From Candidatus Thorarchaeota archaeon (GTDB lineage: Archaea > Asgardarchaeota > Thorarchaeia > Thorarchaeales > Thorarchaeaceae): 32,000 bases of DNA. Of the stretch, positions 16,740 through 25,735 are shown in pieces. A program made the translations under genes and the position numbers. The notes under the pieces are model-generated. The model worked only from the letters and a program-made list of their open reading frames with translations. It was not told the DNA's origin and did not search any database. How positions within the stretch are numbered: the stretch's first letter is position 1; each line of letters opens with the position of its first letter. The stretch is from positions 1-32,000 of the forward strand of contig PRDJ01000012.1 of the NCBI GenBank assembly GCA_003345555.1. The letters run 5' to 3'.

Positions 16740-18377
16740 GTGCAGAAAAATCAAATGACAGCGATTGTGGTCATAATAGTGGTCATCGCCGGAGCGGCAG
16801 GTGCGTACTATTTCTTAGCACCTCCTGCTAGTGTAACCATTGTCATAGGTACTACCGACTCTGTCGAGGCGGCTCTGGACATGGCCCTAGCCTATGACTA
16901 CTTTGGCTGGGAACTCATAACGTGCCTCAGCGCGGGGCTCGTTGACATAAGACCCGGATCGCAGGCTGGAGCCTCTGACATAATCCCTGCCTTAGCGACG
17001 GATTGGATTATGAGTGGCGAGGGTAAAATCTGGGACTTTGAGCTGCGAACTGGTGTGACCTACGATGGTGTCAGACCCTTCAATGCGACCTGTGTCAAGT
17101 ACACCTTTGATAGGAACTGCAACTTGACAGGCGTGGGTCTATACGAACCAGACGGCCCACAGCTAAACATGGACTACCAGGGTATAATAAAGAACGTCAC
17201 CATACTGGAAACCTACAAGGTCAGGTTCAACCTCAAGATTGCATTTGCACCATTCTTGCAGCTCTTGGCTTGTGCTGCATCCTACATAGTGGATCCAGTG
17301 CGTGCTCCGATGAAGCAAGTCATCATGTACAATGGCACAAACTTGGCCGGGAGTACGTCTTGCGGACTGGGACCGTATGTGCTTGAGAAGTGGGATCGTT
17401 CGGGAACCATCGACAAGGAGGTATGGCTGAAGAAGAACCCCTACTACTGGAACGTAACAGGTGGTATTCCGAAGAATACTGAAATCATCATAAAGAAGTA
17501 CACCGATGCTACATCGTTGGCCACGGCCATGGCTGCTCTCGAGATCGACATTGCATACAGGCAGTTGCTGCCTGAGCAGGTCCAAGCCTTCGAGAACAAC
17601 ACGAGCGTTAAGGTGTGGAAAGGGATAGGAGCACAGATTCAGTATATGTGCTTCCAGCAGAGAATCTACCCATTCAACGAGACGGATGTGAGGATAGCTG
17701 TTGCTGCCTGCCTGAACAGGACTAACATCTGCAGTACTGTGTTCCGTGGTACGGCCGACCCGCTGTACAGCATAATCCCGAACGGAATGGCGTATCACAA
17801 GAGCTCCTTCGCGAAGTATGGCACAGCCAACTATACATATGCAGCTAGCCTTCTAGCGCCATTCGGGTACAATGCCACGAATCACCTCGTCATAGACTTC
17901 TGGTACGAGAGCTCAGGACACTATCCGTCAAGTGCTCAACAAGCCTTGGTCTATGAATCCGACTTCGAAGAGAGCAACGTAATAGATGTCAATCTTCATG
18001 GAGTGGACTGGGGTACCTACAAGGGCCTTAGAGACAACGGAACAATGCCGGTGTTCGTGTACGGATGGTACCCAGACTTCGTGGACCCCGACAACTACGG
18101 CTTCCTGCCATTTGCGGCTTGGTTGAACATGGACTACGACAGCACACATCCACAAGGCGGTATCGACATGAACAAGTACTGGACAGATGCTCGAAGTGCG
18201 ACAACGAGTGCAGGCCGTCTTGGCAACTATACTGCTCTGCAGGATCTGCAGGCCTCTGAATGTTCGGTTGTGCCTCTCTGGCAGAAGAGCACTGAGGCTG
18301 TGACTAAGCTCGACATAAAGGGCATAGTCTTTGACATAACTGTCAACTGGCGCAACTGGCTCCTGTATAGAGGGTAA
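16740..18377 (+). CDS. oppA: Peptide/nickel ABC transporter substrate-binding protein (family 5, DppA/OppA-like)
   Basis: GGAGG RBS then GTG. N-terminal TM anchor of archaeal type; GLGPYVLEKW, QYMCF, DVRIAVAACLNR and YGWYPDFVDPDNY motifs; many sequons. Confidence 0.92.
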   Translation: MQKNQMTAIVVIIVVIAGAAGAYYFLAPPASVTIVIGTTDSVEAALDMALAYDYFGWELITCLSAGLVDIRPGSQAGASDIIPALATDWIMSGEGKIWDFELRTGVTYDGVRPFNATCVKYTFDRNCNLTGVGLYEPDGPQLNMDYQGIIKNVTILETYKVRFNLKIAFAPFLQLLACAASYIVDPVRAPMKQVIMYNGTNLAGSTSCGLGPYVLEKWDRSGTIDKEVWLKKNPYYWNVTGGIPKNTEIIIKKYTDATSLATAMAALEIDIAYRQLLPEQVQAFENNTSVKVWKGIGAQIQYMCFQQRIYPFNETDVRIAVAACLNRTNICSTVFRGTADPLYSIIPNGMAYHKSSFAKYGTANYTYAASLLAPFGYNATNHLVIDFWYESSGHYPSSAQQALVYESDFEESNVIDVNLHGVDWGTYKGLRDNGTMPVFVYGWYPDFVDPDNYGFLPFAAWLNMDYDSTHPQGGIDMNKYWTDARSATTSAGRLGNYTALQDLQASECSVVPLWQKSTEAVTKLDIKGIVFDITVNWRNWLLYRG

Positions 18378-18409
18378 GTACGCAGTATTCCACATACAAT
18401 GGTTGAAGA

Positions 18410-18492
18410 GTGCTACCAAGCTGAGTAGACGGTTCGGTGGCTCTATCCGTAGGGCTTAAGAACCACTACTATCTGGGACAGCTTGGTAGCAC
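18410..18492 (+). promoter_or_regulatory. 83-nt extended RNA hairpin between binding-protein and permease genes
   Basis: Perfect 14-bp inverted repeat gtgctaccaagctg / cagcttggtagcac encloses three further 5-bp stems; followed by gttttctttccc. Confidence 0.7.
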
Positions 18493-18522
18493 AACGTTTT
18501 CTTTCCCAGAAAGGTGAACCTC

Positions 18523-19542
18523 GTGACTCTAAGATCCTACGTCGTTAGCCGTCTCCTATTGACCATACCAATGATTATGCTGCTCGTTACACTGGTCTTC
18601 ATCATACTCAGAATCGTGCCCGGTGACCCGGCCTCTCTGCATTTCGAGAAACACGTCGATCCCGTTGTCCTTGCGGCATTCCGCCACGAGTTCGGTCTTG
18701 ACTTGCCAATATGGGAGCAATACGTCAACTACCTTGCTTCCCTGTTCCGCCTTGACCTCGGCGTGTCGATGGGATCAAGCCGAACCCCCATAGTCTATGC
18801 CATAGTGACCAGGTTTCCTGCTACACTTGAGCTGGCAATTTACTCCATGCTGTTTGCAGTTCTCTTTGGCATTGCGCTCGGCATCAAGTCCTCGAAGAAA
18901 TACGGATCGGCCACAGATACGTCAATACGCCTTTTTGGCATCATCACATATGCGATTCCTGTCTTCTTCCTAGGCTCTGTGCTCCAGATAATCTTCGCAG
19001 TATGGCTACATTGGGTTCCAAGCGGCGGACGATTTGAGAATGCATTTCTAGCCTATCAGCCTCCAACAATAACGGGCTTGTACACGATTGACAGTCTCCT
19101 GACCGGAAACCTGTTCGCCTTCGTTGTGTCACTCAAGTGTCTGATATTGCCATCTGTCACACTCGGGACTGTCTTGTGCGGCATCTTTGTTCGCTTGACT
19201 CGTACGAATATGCTTGAAACTCTCAGGATGGACTTTGTCGTGGCCGCAGAGGCTAGAGGTCTCCCTGAGAACGTCGTAACAATGAGCTACGCTTTCAAGA
19301 ATGCATTCTTGCCCATTCTCACGATGATAGGTCTACAGTTCGCGGCCCTTTTGGCAGGGGCAGTCCTCACAGAGACGACTTTCAACTGGCAGGGCCTTGG
19401 GACCTTCCTCGTTGATAGCATCAATTCGCGTGACTATACTGCGGTTCAAGGGATTGTCGTATTCTTCGGAGTTCTTGTGACGCTCGTGAGCCTTGTGGTC
19501 GACCTGTTCTATGCGTACCTCGACCCACGAATCAGACTATAG
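18523..19542 (+). CDS. oppB: Peptide ABC transporter permease (OppB/DppB)
   Basis: VPGDPA, FGLDLPIWEQY, FPATLELA, EAA-loop region (RTNMLETLRMDFVVAAEARGL) and YAYLDPRIR. GTG at 18523 follows an AGGTGA RBS. Confidence 0.95.
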   Translation: MTLRSYVVSRLLLTIPMIMLLVTLVFIILRIVPGDPASLHFEKHVDPVVLAAFRHEFGLDLPIWEQYVNYLASLFRLDLGVSMGSSRTPIVYAIVTRFPATLELAIYSMLFAVLFGIALGIKSSKKYGSATDTSIRLFGIITYAIPVFFLGSVLQIIFAVWLHWVPSGGRFENAFLAYQPPTITGLYTIDSLLTGNLFAFVVSLKCLILPSVTLGTVLCGIFVRLTRTNMLETLRMDFVVAAEARGLPENVVTMSYAFKNAFLPILTMIGLQFAALLAGAVLTETTFNWQGLGTFLVDSINSRDYTAVQGIVVFFGVLVTLVSLVVDLFYAYLDPRIRL

Positions 19543-19553
19543 GAGGTCCATCG

Positions 19554-20819
19554 ATGAGCAGTGACACATCTATTCACGGCATCTTCCTAAGCCTAAAGTC
19601 AGTCAGCGGAGACCTTCAGAGTCGTTCGTTTCGTTGGTGGGTCGGCTTTTTCATTGTGACAGGTCTTTCGCTCTCTGTCATTGTCGGTCTGCTAATTGTT
19701 GCCCTATCCTCGAATAGTGAACTGGGACTGCAAGCCGTTGTGGGCACAGTGGTTATCGCGTCTGTATTTCAGGTCGCGTACAAGCTTCAGAAACGAAGCG
19801 TAGCAGCGGGCCGACTCAAGCGCATGGAAGGTCGCACTATCTGTGCAGCCGTATTTCTCGTTACCAGTGCGGAAGTTGTTCTATGGGCTCTGTCCGCAAT
19901 CCCCACCGTGGCTCGCGCCTTTTCGGTCGCAGTAATTCTGGGGGGCTTCCTCGTTGCAGTCATCATGCTTCTAATCCTTGAGGGGTACCCGATACTCAAG
20001 GTGCGTGGGTCAGCGGGCTACATCGCAGAAGCAGGATTACTGATAGTCTTCTCAATGGCTTATATGACAGTGATTTCGTCCTGGATATCGCCCTTCTTGG
20101 CCACTAAGATTAATGTGGGCCCGATACTATCACCACCGTCGCTTGCCTATCCCCTTGGAACAACGTCGCTAGGTCAGGATCTTCTGAGCAGGGTCCTGAC
20201 AGGGGGATCTATCATGCTTCAAGTGGCAATCTTATCTGTTATAGTATGCTTTTCGATTGGCGTACCTTTGGCGCTCGCTGCCTCGTACAGGGGTGGAGTC
20301 GCAGACCGCGCGGCATCTCTCGTAATGGACAGCATATACGCATTTCCGGGCCTCGTCTTGGCAATCGCCATTTCAGCGATGCTTGGGCCCGGTGTAATCA
20401 ACATGGCCCTGTCCATCGCAGTCGTCTACATTCCATCCTATTTCAGAGTTGTACGGAGTCAGGTACTGACAATCAAGGAGTTGCCATATGTCGAAGCCGC
20501 AGTAGCTATGGGAGCCCGAAGCCGAGACATTGTGTTCAGGTACATACTGCCGAACCTTCTGCCCTCAGCCGTTGTTGTCATGACTATCAATTTCGCAGAT
20601 GCCATATTGACCGAGGCAGGCCTCACCTTTGTCGGGCTCGGCCTTCCAGTAAATGTGCCTGACTGGGGCTGGGATCTCACTTTCGGACGAACGCAGCTAA
20701 TAACCGGCGCATGGTGGGTAATTGCGTTCCCTGGTCTCATGATAGTGTTGCTGGCCCTTGGATTTACCCTTGCAGGGGAAGGGTTGAACGAAGTCCTTAC
20801 ACCCAAGCTCAAGGAGTGA
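19554..20819 (+). CDS. oppC: Peptide ABC transporter permease (OppC/DppC) with ~150-aa extra N-terminal membrane region
   Basis: PLGTTSLGQDLLSRV, VRSQVLTIKELPYVEAAVAMGA and PDWG motifs; AGGAGGT RBS. Confidence 0.93.
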   Translation: MSSDTSIHGIFLSLKSVSGDLQSRSFRWWVGFFIVTGLSLSVIVGLLIVALSSNSELGLQAVVGTVVIASVFQVAYKLQKRSVAAGRLKRMEGRTICAAVFLVTSAEVVLWALSAIPTVARAFSVAVILGGFLVAVIMLLILEGYPILKVRGSAGYIAEAGLLIVFSMAYMTVISSWISPFLATKINVGPILSPPSLAYPLGTTSLGQDLLSRVLTGGSIMLQVAILSVIVCFSIGVPLALAASYRGGVADRAASLVMDSIYAFPGLVLAIAISAMLGPGVINMALSIAVVYIPSYFRVVRSQVLTIKELPYVEAAVAMGARSRDIVFRYILPNLLPSAVVVMTINFADAILTEAGLTFVGLGLPVNVPDWGWDLTFGRTQLITGAWWVIAFPGLMIVLLALGFTLAGEGLNEVLTPKLKE

Positions 20820-20826
20820 GACCGCA

Positions 20827-21837
20827 TTGGGGATAGTTCTAAACATCCAAGACCTGACAGTGACCTACAAAACTCGAAGAGGAACGGCCTGCGGTGTCAA
20901 TAACGTGTCGCTGGAACTCGAAGAGAACAGGACACTTGGATTGGCAGGCGAATCGGGCTGTGGCAAGTCCACACTCGGCAGGGCGATAATGCGACTCGTA
21001 CCGTATCCTGGGCGGATAGTAAACGGCAGCATCATCCTTGACATTGACAGGGACATCGAGTATCAGGGGGGCTTCATCGGCAAAGGTCCGAAGGATCTGA
21101 TGGAGTTTTCTGAAAACGAGATGAGGGCCCTCCGCGGAGAGGAAATGGCCTACATTTTCCAAGATCCTATGACATCCCTGAACCCAATGAAGACCATTGG
21201 CAGTCACTTCGTGGAGCTCGTGAAGGCTCATTACCCGACCATGGAGAAGGCCGAGGCAATAGAGAGGGCCAAGGAGATACTTGAGAACCTTGGCATTCTG
21301 CCGGAACGTGTCGACGACTATCCTCATCAGTTCAGCGGAGGGATGCGCCAAAGAGTCATGATTGGGTTGGGACTTGCACTTCGACCCCGGCTGCTTATCG
21401 CCGATGAGCCTACTACATCATTAGATGTTATAGTCGAGGCACAAATCCTTCAGCAGATGGCTCAGCTCAAGGAGAAGTTCAACCTTACGATGATGCTCAT
21501 CACTCACAACCTGGGTGTACTTGCCCAGACTGCAGATAGCATCGCAATCATGTATGCCGGGAGAATCGTCGAGGTTGCCGATACGGGCGCATTGTTCGAA
21601 CGTCCTCAGCACCCTTATACCAAGGCACTGCTGGAATCAGTACCCGACGTCACCAAGCCAGAGAAAACTCTCTGCTGCATTCCCGGGTCCCCGCCGGACC
21701 TTATTCAGCCGATCTCTGGATGCCCCTATGGTCCCAGATGTGCACAAATGAAGGACACATGCAGGAGGATAGAACCTCTGCTTGTTCGAAGTAGTACTGG
21801 AGGACTTGTGGCCTGCAATCAGTATACAGGAGACTAG
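20827..21837 (+). CDS. oppD: Peptide ABC transporter ATP-binding subunit (OppD/DppD)
   Basis: Walker A GESGCGKS, signature YPHQFSGGMRQR, Walker B LLIADEPT, C-terminal Cys cluster (HPYT...CPYGPRC...C...VAC). Confidence 0.96.
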   Translation: MGIVLNIQDLTVTYKTRRGTACGVNNVSLELEENRTLGLAGESGCGKSTLGRAIMRLVPYPGRIVNGSIILDIDRDIEYQGGFIGKGPKDLMEFSENEMRALRGEEMAYIFQDPMTSLNPMKTIGSHFVELVKAHYPTMEKAEAIERAKEILENLGILPERVDDYPHQFSGGMRQRVMIGLGLALRPRLLIADEPTTSLDVIVEAQILQQMAQLKEKFNLTMMLITHNLGVLAQTADSIAIMYAGRIVEVADTGALFERPQHPYTKALLESVPDVTKPEKTLCCIPGSPPDLIQPISGCPYGPRCAQMKDTCRRIEPLLVRSSTGGLVACNQYTGD

Positions 21838-21840
21838 CAG

Positions 21841-22818
21841 ATGACGCTCATACAAGTGGACCACCTCAGGAAGTACTTCCCAGTTCAGAAAGGCTTCGCC
21901 GCCGCTCTCCTCTCAAAGGAGAGTCAGTATGTCAGAGCAGTAGATGACGTTTCATTTGAGATTGAAAGAGGCGAGGTTCTCGGCCTCGTTGGCGAAAGTG
22001 GATCGGGCAAGACAACAATAGGTCGACTATGCGTGAGACTGCTGAAGCCGACAGAGGGAAAGATACTGTTCGACGGAACCGACATCTCCTTGCTGAGCAG
22101 CGAGGAGATGAGAGTCATGAGGCGCAAGCTTCAGCTCACATTTCAGGACCCGAGCTCATCCCTGAACCCTCGAATGACAGTCGGCAACGCAATCGCAGAT
22201 GCCATGAGACTCCAAGGCATTGGGACACCGAAGGAAAGGAGAGAGAAAGCCGAGGAAGTCTTAGAAAGAGTGGGAATGTCACCGGCGAAAACATTCTATG
22301 ATAGACTGCCACACCAGCTGAGCGGCGGCCAGAGGCAGAGGGTTGTCTTTGGCAGAGCAATCATATTGAACCCCGAGTTCATAGTGACTGACGAGCCAGT
22401 GGCTATGGTCGATGTTTCAATCAAGGCCCAGATATTGGACCTTATGATGGACCTGAAGAGAGAGTTCAACCTGACCTATCTGTTCATCTCACACGATCTT
22501 GCCACAGCACGTCATGTGTGCGACCGGATAGCAGTCATGTACCTTGGGAGGATTGTCGAGATTGCTGACAAGAACAGTATCTACGAGAATCCTCTTCATC
22601 CTTACTCAAAGGGTTTGATGTCTGCTATTCCCGTACCAGACCCGAGAATCAAGAAACCCGCGGCTATCCCGCAAGGTGAGATTCCCAGTCCAATCAATCC
22701 TCCGCCAGGGTGCCGGTTCAACCCCAGGTGCCCGAGCGCATTTGAAAGATGCCCTCTAGAAGAACCTGAACTGCGAGACCTCGGGAATGGCCATCAAGTG
22801 GCATGTCACCTGTACTGA
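21841..22818 (+). CDS. oppF: Peptide ABC transporter ATP-binding subunit (OppF/DppF)
   Basis: GESGSGKT, LPHQLSGGQRQR, IVTDEP and PPGCRFNPRC...VACH. Confidence 0.96.
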   Translation: MTLIQVDHLRKYFPVQKGFAAALLSKESQYVRAVDDVSFEIERGEVLGLVGESGSGKTTIGRLCVRLLKPTEGKILFDGTDISLLSSEEMRVMRRKLQLTFQDPSSSLNPRMTVGNAIADAMRLQGIGTPKERREKAEEVLERVGMSPAKTFYDRLPHQLSGGQRQRVVFGRAIILNPEFIVTDEPVAMVDVSIKAQILDLMMDLKREFNLTYLFISHDLATARHVCDRIAVMYLGRIVEIADKNSIYENPLHPYSKGLMSAIPVPDPRIKKPAAIPQGEIPSPINPPPGCRFNPRCPSAFERCPLEEPELRDLGNGHQVACHLY

Positions 22819-22982
22819 ATCCCATTAGGATTGAGACTCACTCATGAGACCGGCCTAGGCGTCCAAAGCCTTTCAAGCACGGCAGCCCATGAGATGTTAC
22901 GCGGCAAATTGATAACAGAGACTCTCAACCATTGCCTTTCCAGTTAAGATATACACACGCTCACTACGTGCCTTAACGATGT

Positions 22983-23528
22983 TCACGGAACAGACGATAG
23001 CCGGAATCGCCTGCCACAGTTTTGGCATGCTAAAGTCCCATTCACATCGACCTTGTCGCGCGAGTACGAATAGACAGCGTCGCAGTAAGGACACTTCTCC
23101 CTCCATGTGAAGACCATACTCTTATCCTCTGGTGCTTCAATCACTATTCTGCCACAAGCACGACATTTGAGTGCAGGCAGGTGCGGACAGGGCCCCCGGA
23201 AGAAGTAGACATTCCAATCGGACGTAGGGCCCAAGCTCGCTCCAAACGCAGAATAGCGGCGAAAACCGGTAATGGTGGGCACATCCTTGTTCCAGTATAT
23301 GCCTCCGGCGCCGACGATGTACCCCTTATCCATAATGGCATTGCAGAAGGGGCAGATAGTGACAACCTCCTGACTCTCGACACCATCCTGAGGCTCATGG
23401 TCGGGCTCGAATCTTCTGCCGCAGTTCTTACATTCCACGCTTCCGTCTGCATCCATCCTGTCAATTTCATAAATGTAGGCGGCGGAACAGTACGGGCACT
23501 TGGCTGCGGGAAGACTGTTTCTATGCAT
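22983..23528 (-). CDS. Triple zinc-ribbon protein: two CxxC-x18-CxxC ribbons flanking a DUF6487 (PF20097)-like domain
   Basis: KCPYC..CKNCGRRF; CPFCNAIMDKGYI..GGIYW..CRAC; KCPYC..CQNCGRRF. GAGGT lies 10 nt upstream of the ATG. Confidence 0.75.
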   Translation of the reverse strand: MHRNSLPAAKCPYCSAAYIYEIDRMDADGSVECKNCGRRFEPDHEPQDGVESQEVVTICPFCNAIMDKGYIVGAGGIYWNKDVPTITGFRRYSAFGASLGPTSDWNVYFFRGPCPHLPALKCRACGRIVIEAPEDKSMVFTWREKCPYCDAVYSYSRDKVDVNGTLACQNCGRRFRLSSVP

Positions 23529-23534
23529 CTCGCT

Positions 23535-23612
23535 TCATACCTCATCGGACGGGAGACTGTTCGAGGCCGCAAGCACCAAGCGCACAACAAGAACCGAAAC
23601 TCCAGCTGCCAT
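23535..23612 (-). pseudogene. 25-codon in-frame leader segment (MAAGVSVLVVRLVLAASNSLPSDEV) ended by TGA, homologous to the N-terminus of the upstream paralog
   Basis: Same frame as 22983-23528. Gapless alignment to the ORF at 23712-23936 at a 324-nt offset. Confidence 0.5.
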
Positions 23613-23711
23613 ATGTTGACAATGCGATGCTAAGCCTATATCCCTTGTGCAGCCCGAGGCGCCGTCATGAAATACGATGATTCGTTCTACGAGAATACTG
23701 TTCCCCGATTC

Positions 23712-23936
23712 TCATGAAGACGACGAAATAGGAAACCTTTCGCCGCAATTCTGGTATTCGACGCTTCCATCCGCAGCGACCTTGTCGATTCTGCAAGCGT
23801 CGGTGGCGCCGCAGGATGGACAACTTTCCATAAAAGCAACGTGACCAGCATCGTCAAGTTCTGCGCCATCGACAGGGGGCAAGTCCAAGCCAACAAGTAA
23901 GACTCGCACGATAATTCCCGGAAATCCCGATGCCAT
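23712..23936 (-). pseudogene. Degenerate small zinc-ribbon gene (74 aa), tandem paralog of the downstream gene's N-terminal part
   Basis: MASGFPGIIVRVLLVG...CPSCGATDACRIDKVAADGSVEYQNCGERF. The third ribbon Cys is Tyr (TAC) and the YxY motif has become DxC. Confidence 0.5.
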
Positions 23937-24091
23937 ATGGACATGATGAAGCACTAGTGCTTTATCCATTTTGCATCGAAGCGCATTGCTGTGGCAAACT
24001 TGATGCTAGGACATGTCTGACGGGCCTGGTAACACGGCTGAACTAGCTGAACGAAAGAAGCTGAGCAATGAATAACAGCTCAGAAGACACT

Positions 24092-24105
24092 GAAAGCATA
24101 TATGC
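24092..24105 (+). promoter_or_regulatory. BRE/TATA-like promoter of the DUF4139 pair
   Basis: gaaa-gcatatatgc lies about 30-40 nt before the TTG at 24136. Confidence 0.5.
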
Positions 24106-24135
24106 AGGCACCTGAACGACTCGTCAGGGATCTTC

Positions 24136-25725
24136 TTGACAGAGCTGCGCACGGAAATCTCGCGAGTGACCATCTTCAGGGATGGAGCCCGAGTTACTCG
24201 CACGGGCAAGGTGTTACTGGATTCCGGGACCCAAAGGGTGCTTGTGGGTGGTATTACGGAATACGCGCATGAAGACAGCTTCCGAGTAAAGGGCTCGGGT
24301 CCAGCTACTCTATCGAGCATTGATGTCAGAAGAACAGTGGAGACCTACGAACCCAAGAGCGACCTGAAGCCCTTGCTCGATGAACTCAAGAAGCTCAATT
24401 CGGAACGCGAAGCGACAGCTGATGAAATCGCCATATTCAGCGGTCGGCTGTCGTATCTTGAAGCCATGAACGCGGCGTTTGCTGGCAACTTTGGTCTTCT
24501 CTTCGCCGCCAGTGAAGCAGAGGTTTCTCAGTTGACCGAAATGGATACAGTCTCGGGTCGAAGCATAGTCGAAACGAAGAGCAAAATCCGCGAGCTCGAG
24601 AAGAAACTGAGGGACATTGACGACAGAATCAACTCAGTGAAGAAGAATCTTGGAAGAATCGAATCTGAGAAGAAGACTGAGAGTTTCTTCGAAGTCGAAA
24701 TAACTATCGACGTGTCGAAGAAGGCACAAGTTGAGCTCGAAGTCACTTACCAAGTTGCAAACACAGGATGGCGCCCGAGTTATGATTTAGATCTTCTTCC
24801 GGGTTCGGCGAAGCTAAGGAGAGTAGCTCTGCTATACAACCAGACTCGAGAGCCATGGCAAAAGGTAGCCCTAACTGTCTCAACTGCCACTGCAAAGCCA
24901 GTTGAAGCAGTCGAAGCCAGTCCCTTCTACATTACAGCTTACGACCCCGAAGAAGAACGCCGTCGAATGCGAGCTATGAAAAAGGAGATGGCACCGAAAA
25001 TGAGACCTCCTCCTCCGCCCGCAACAATGGCAGCTCCAGCTCCGTCTATGGCGCCACCAGCTCCAAAGCCAGTCATTTCTGAACAGCTTGCACAAGTCTC
25101 CGAACTCGCATCAGGCATCTCAGTATATGAGCTGCCTAGCCGGGTCACGGTTCCCTTTGGCAACGACGAGCATCCATTCACGCTCCTCGAAGAGGAATTG
25201 AAGTCGTCGACAATCCATTACTGGTATGCCGATGGTATGCCAGAGCCAGTAGCTCAGGACGAAGTCACAAACGGTGACACAGTCATATTGCCCGGGAAAG
25301 TGAAGGTCTATGCAGAAGGGGACTACATAGGCGAGTCGACCGTATCACAGATATCGCCTCGAGAGAAGTTCAAGATGGGTACTCGGGTTGCCTATGATGT
25401 GAAGGTAAAGAAGAAGCTCACTTCCCGGGAGATAGAGAAAGCAGGCATAACCCGCGGTAAACTGAGAAGGGCTTACTCGTATAGTCTGGAGATTGAGAAT
25501 TTCGGAAAGACGCCCATCAAGATTGAGGTGTATGATAGAGTACCCCACAGCCTTAACCCATCTATCGAGGTCAAGGGCAATTGGGGTCAGCATCAGCCGG
25601 AGAGTAGTGAGCTTGGAGTGATAAAGTGGAGCCTCGATGTCGAGCAAATCAAGAAGAGGCAAATCGACTACAGCTACGAGGTTCTGTGGGAGCGAGGCAT
25701 CACCATAAGCCCACCATTGCCGTGA
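24136..25725 (+). CDS. DUF4140/DUF4139 (TIGR02231, MuiA-like) protein, paralog A (529 aa)
   Basis: ISRVTIFRDGARVTRTG, SFRVKG, long coiled coil, LEVTYQVANTGWRPSYDL, YNQTREPWQKVALTVSTA and LPGKVKVYAEGDYIGE. No signal peptide. Confidence 0.88.
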   Translation: MTELRTEISRVTIFRDGARVTRTGKVLLDSGTQRVLVGGITEYAHEDSFRVKGSGPATLSSIDVRRTVETYEPKSDLKPLLDELKKLNSEREATADEIAIFSGRLSYLEAMNAAFAGNFGLLFAASEAEVSQLTEMDTVSGRSIVETKSKIRELEKKLRDIDDRINSVKKNLGRIESEKKTESFFEVEITIDVSKKAQVELEVTYQVANTGWRPSYDLDLLPGSAKLRRVALLYNQTREPWQKVALTVSTATAKPVEAVEASPFYITAYDPEEERRRMRAMKKEMAPKMRPPPPPATMAAPAPSMAPPAPKPVISEQLAQVSELASGISVYELPSRVTVPFGNDEHPFTLLEEELKSSTIHYWYADGMPEPVAQDEVTNGDTVILPGKVKVYAEGDYIGESTVSQISPREKFKMGTRVAYDVKVKKKLTSREIEKAGITRGKLRRAYSYSLEIENFGKTPIKIEVYDRVPHSLNPSIEVKGNWGQHQPESSELGVIKWSLDVEQIKKRQIDYSYEVLWERGITISPPLP

Positions 25726-25735
25726 GGTGAACCAG

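Noticed and set aside
23535-23714. Selenocysteine recoding of the two in-frame TGA codons
   Set aside because: The TGA at 23535-23537 aligns with Glu (GAA), not Cys, in the paralog; the TGA at 23712-23714 sits at the natural end of unit 1. I saw no SECIS-like structure in the 3' region 22819-22982.
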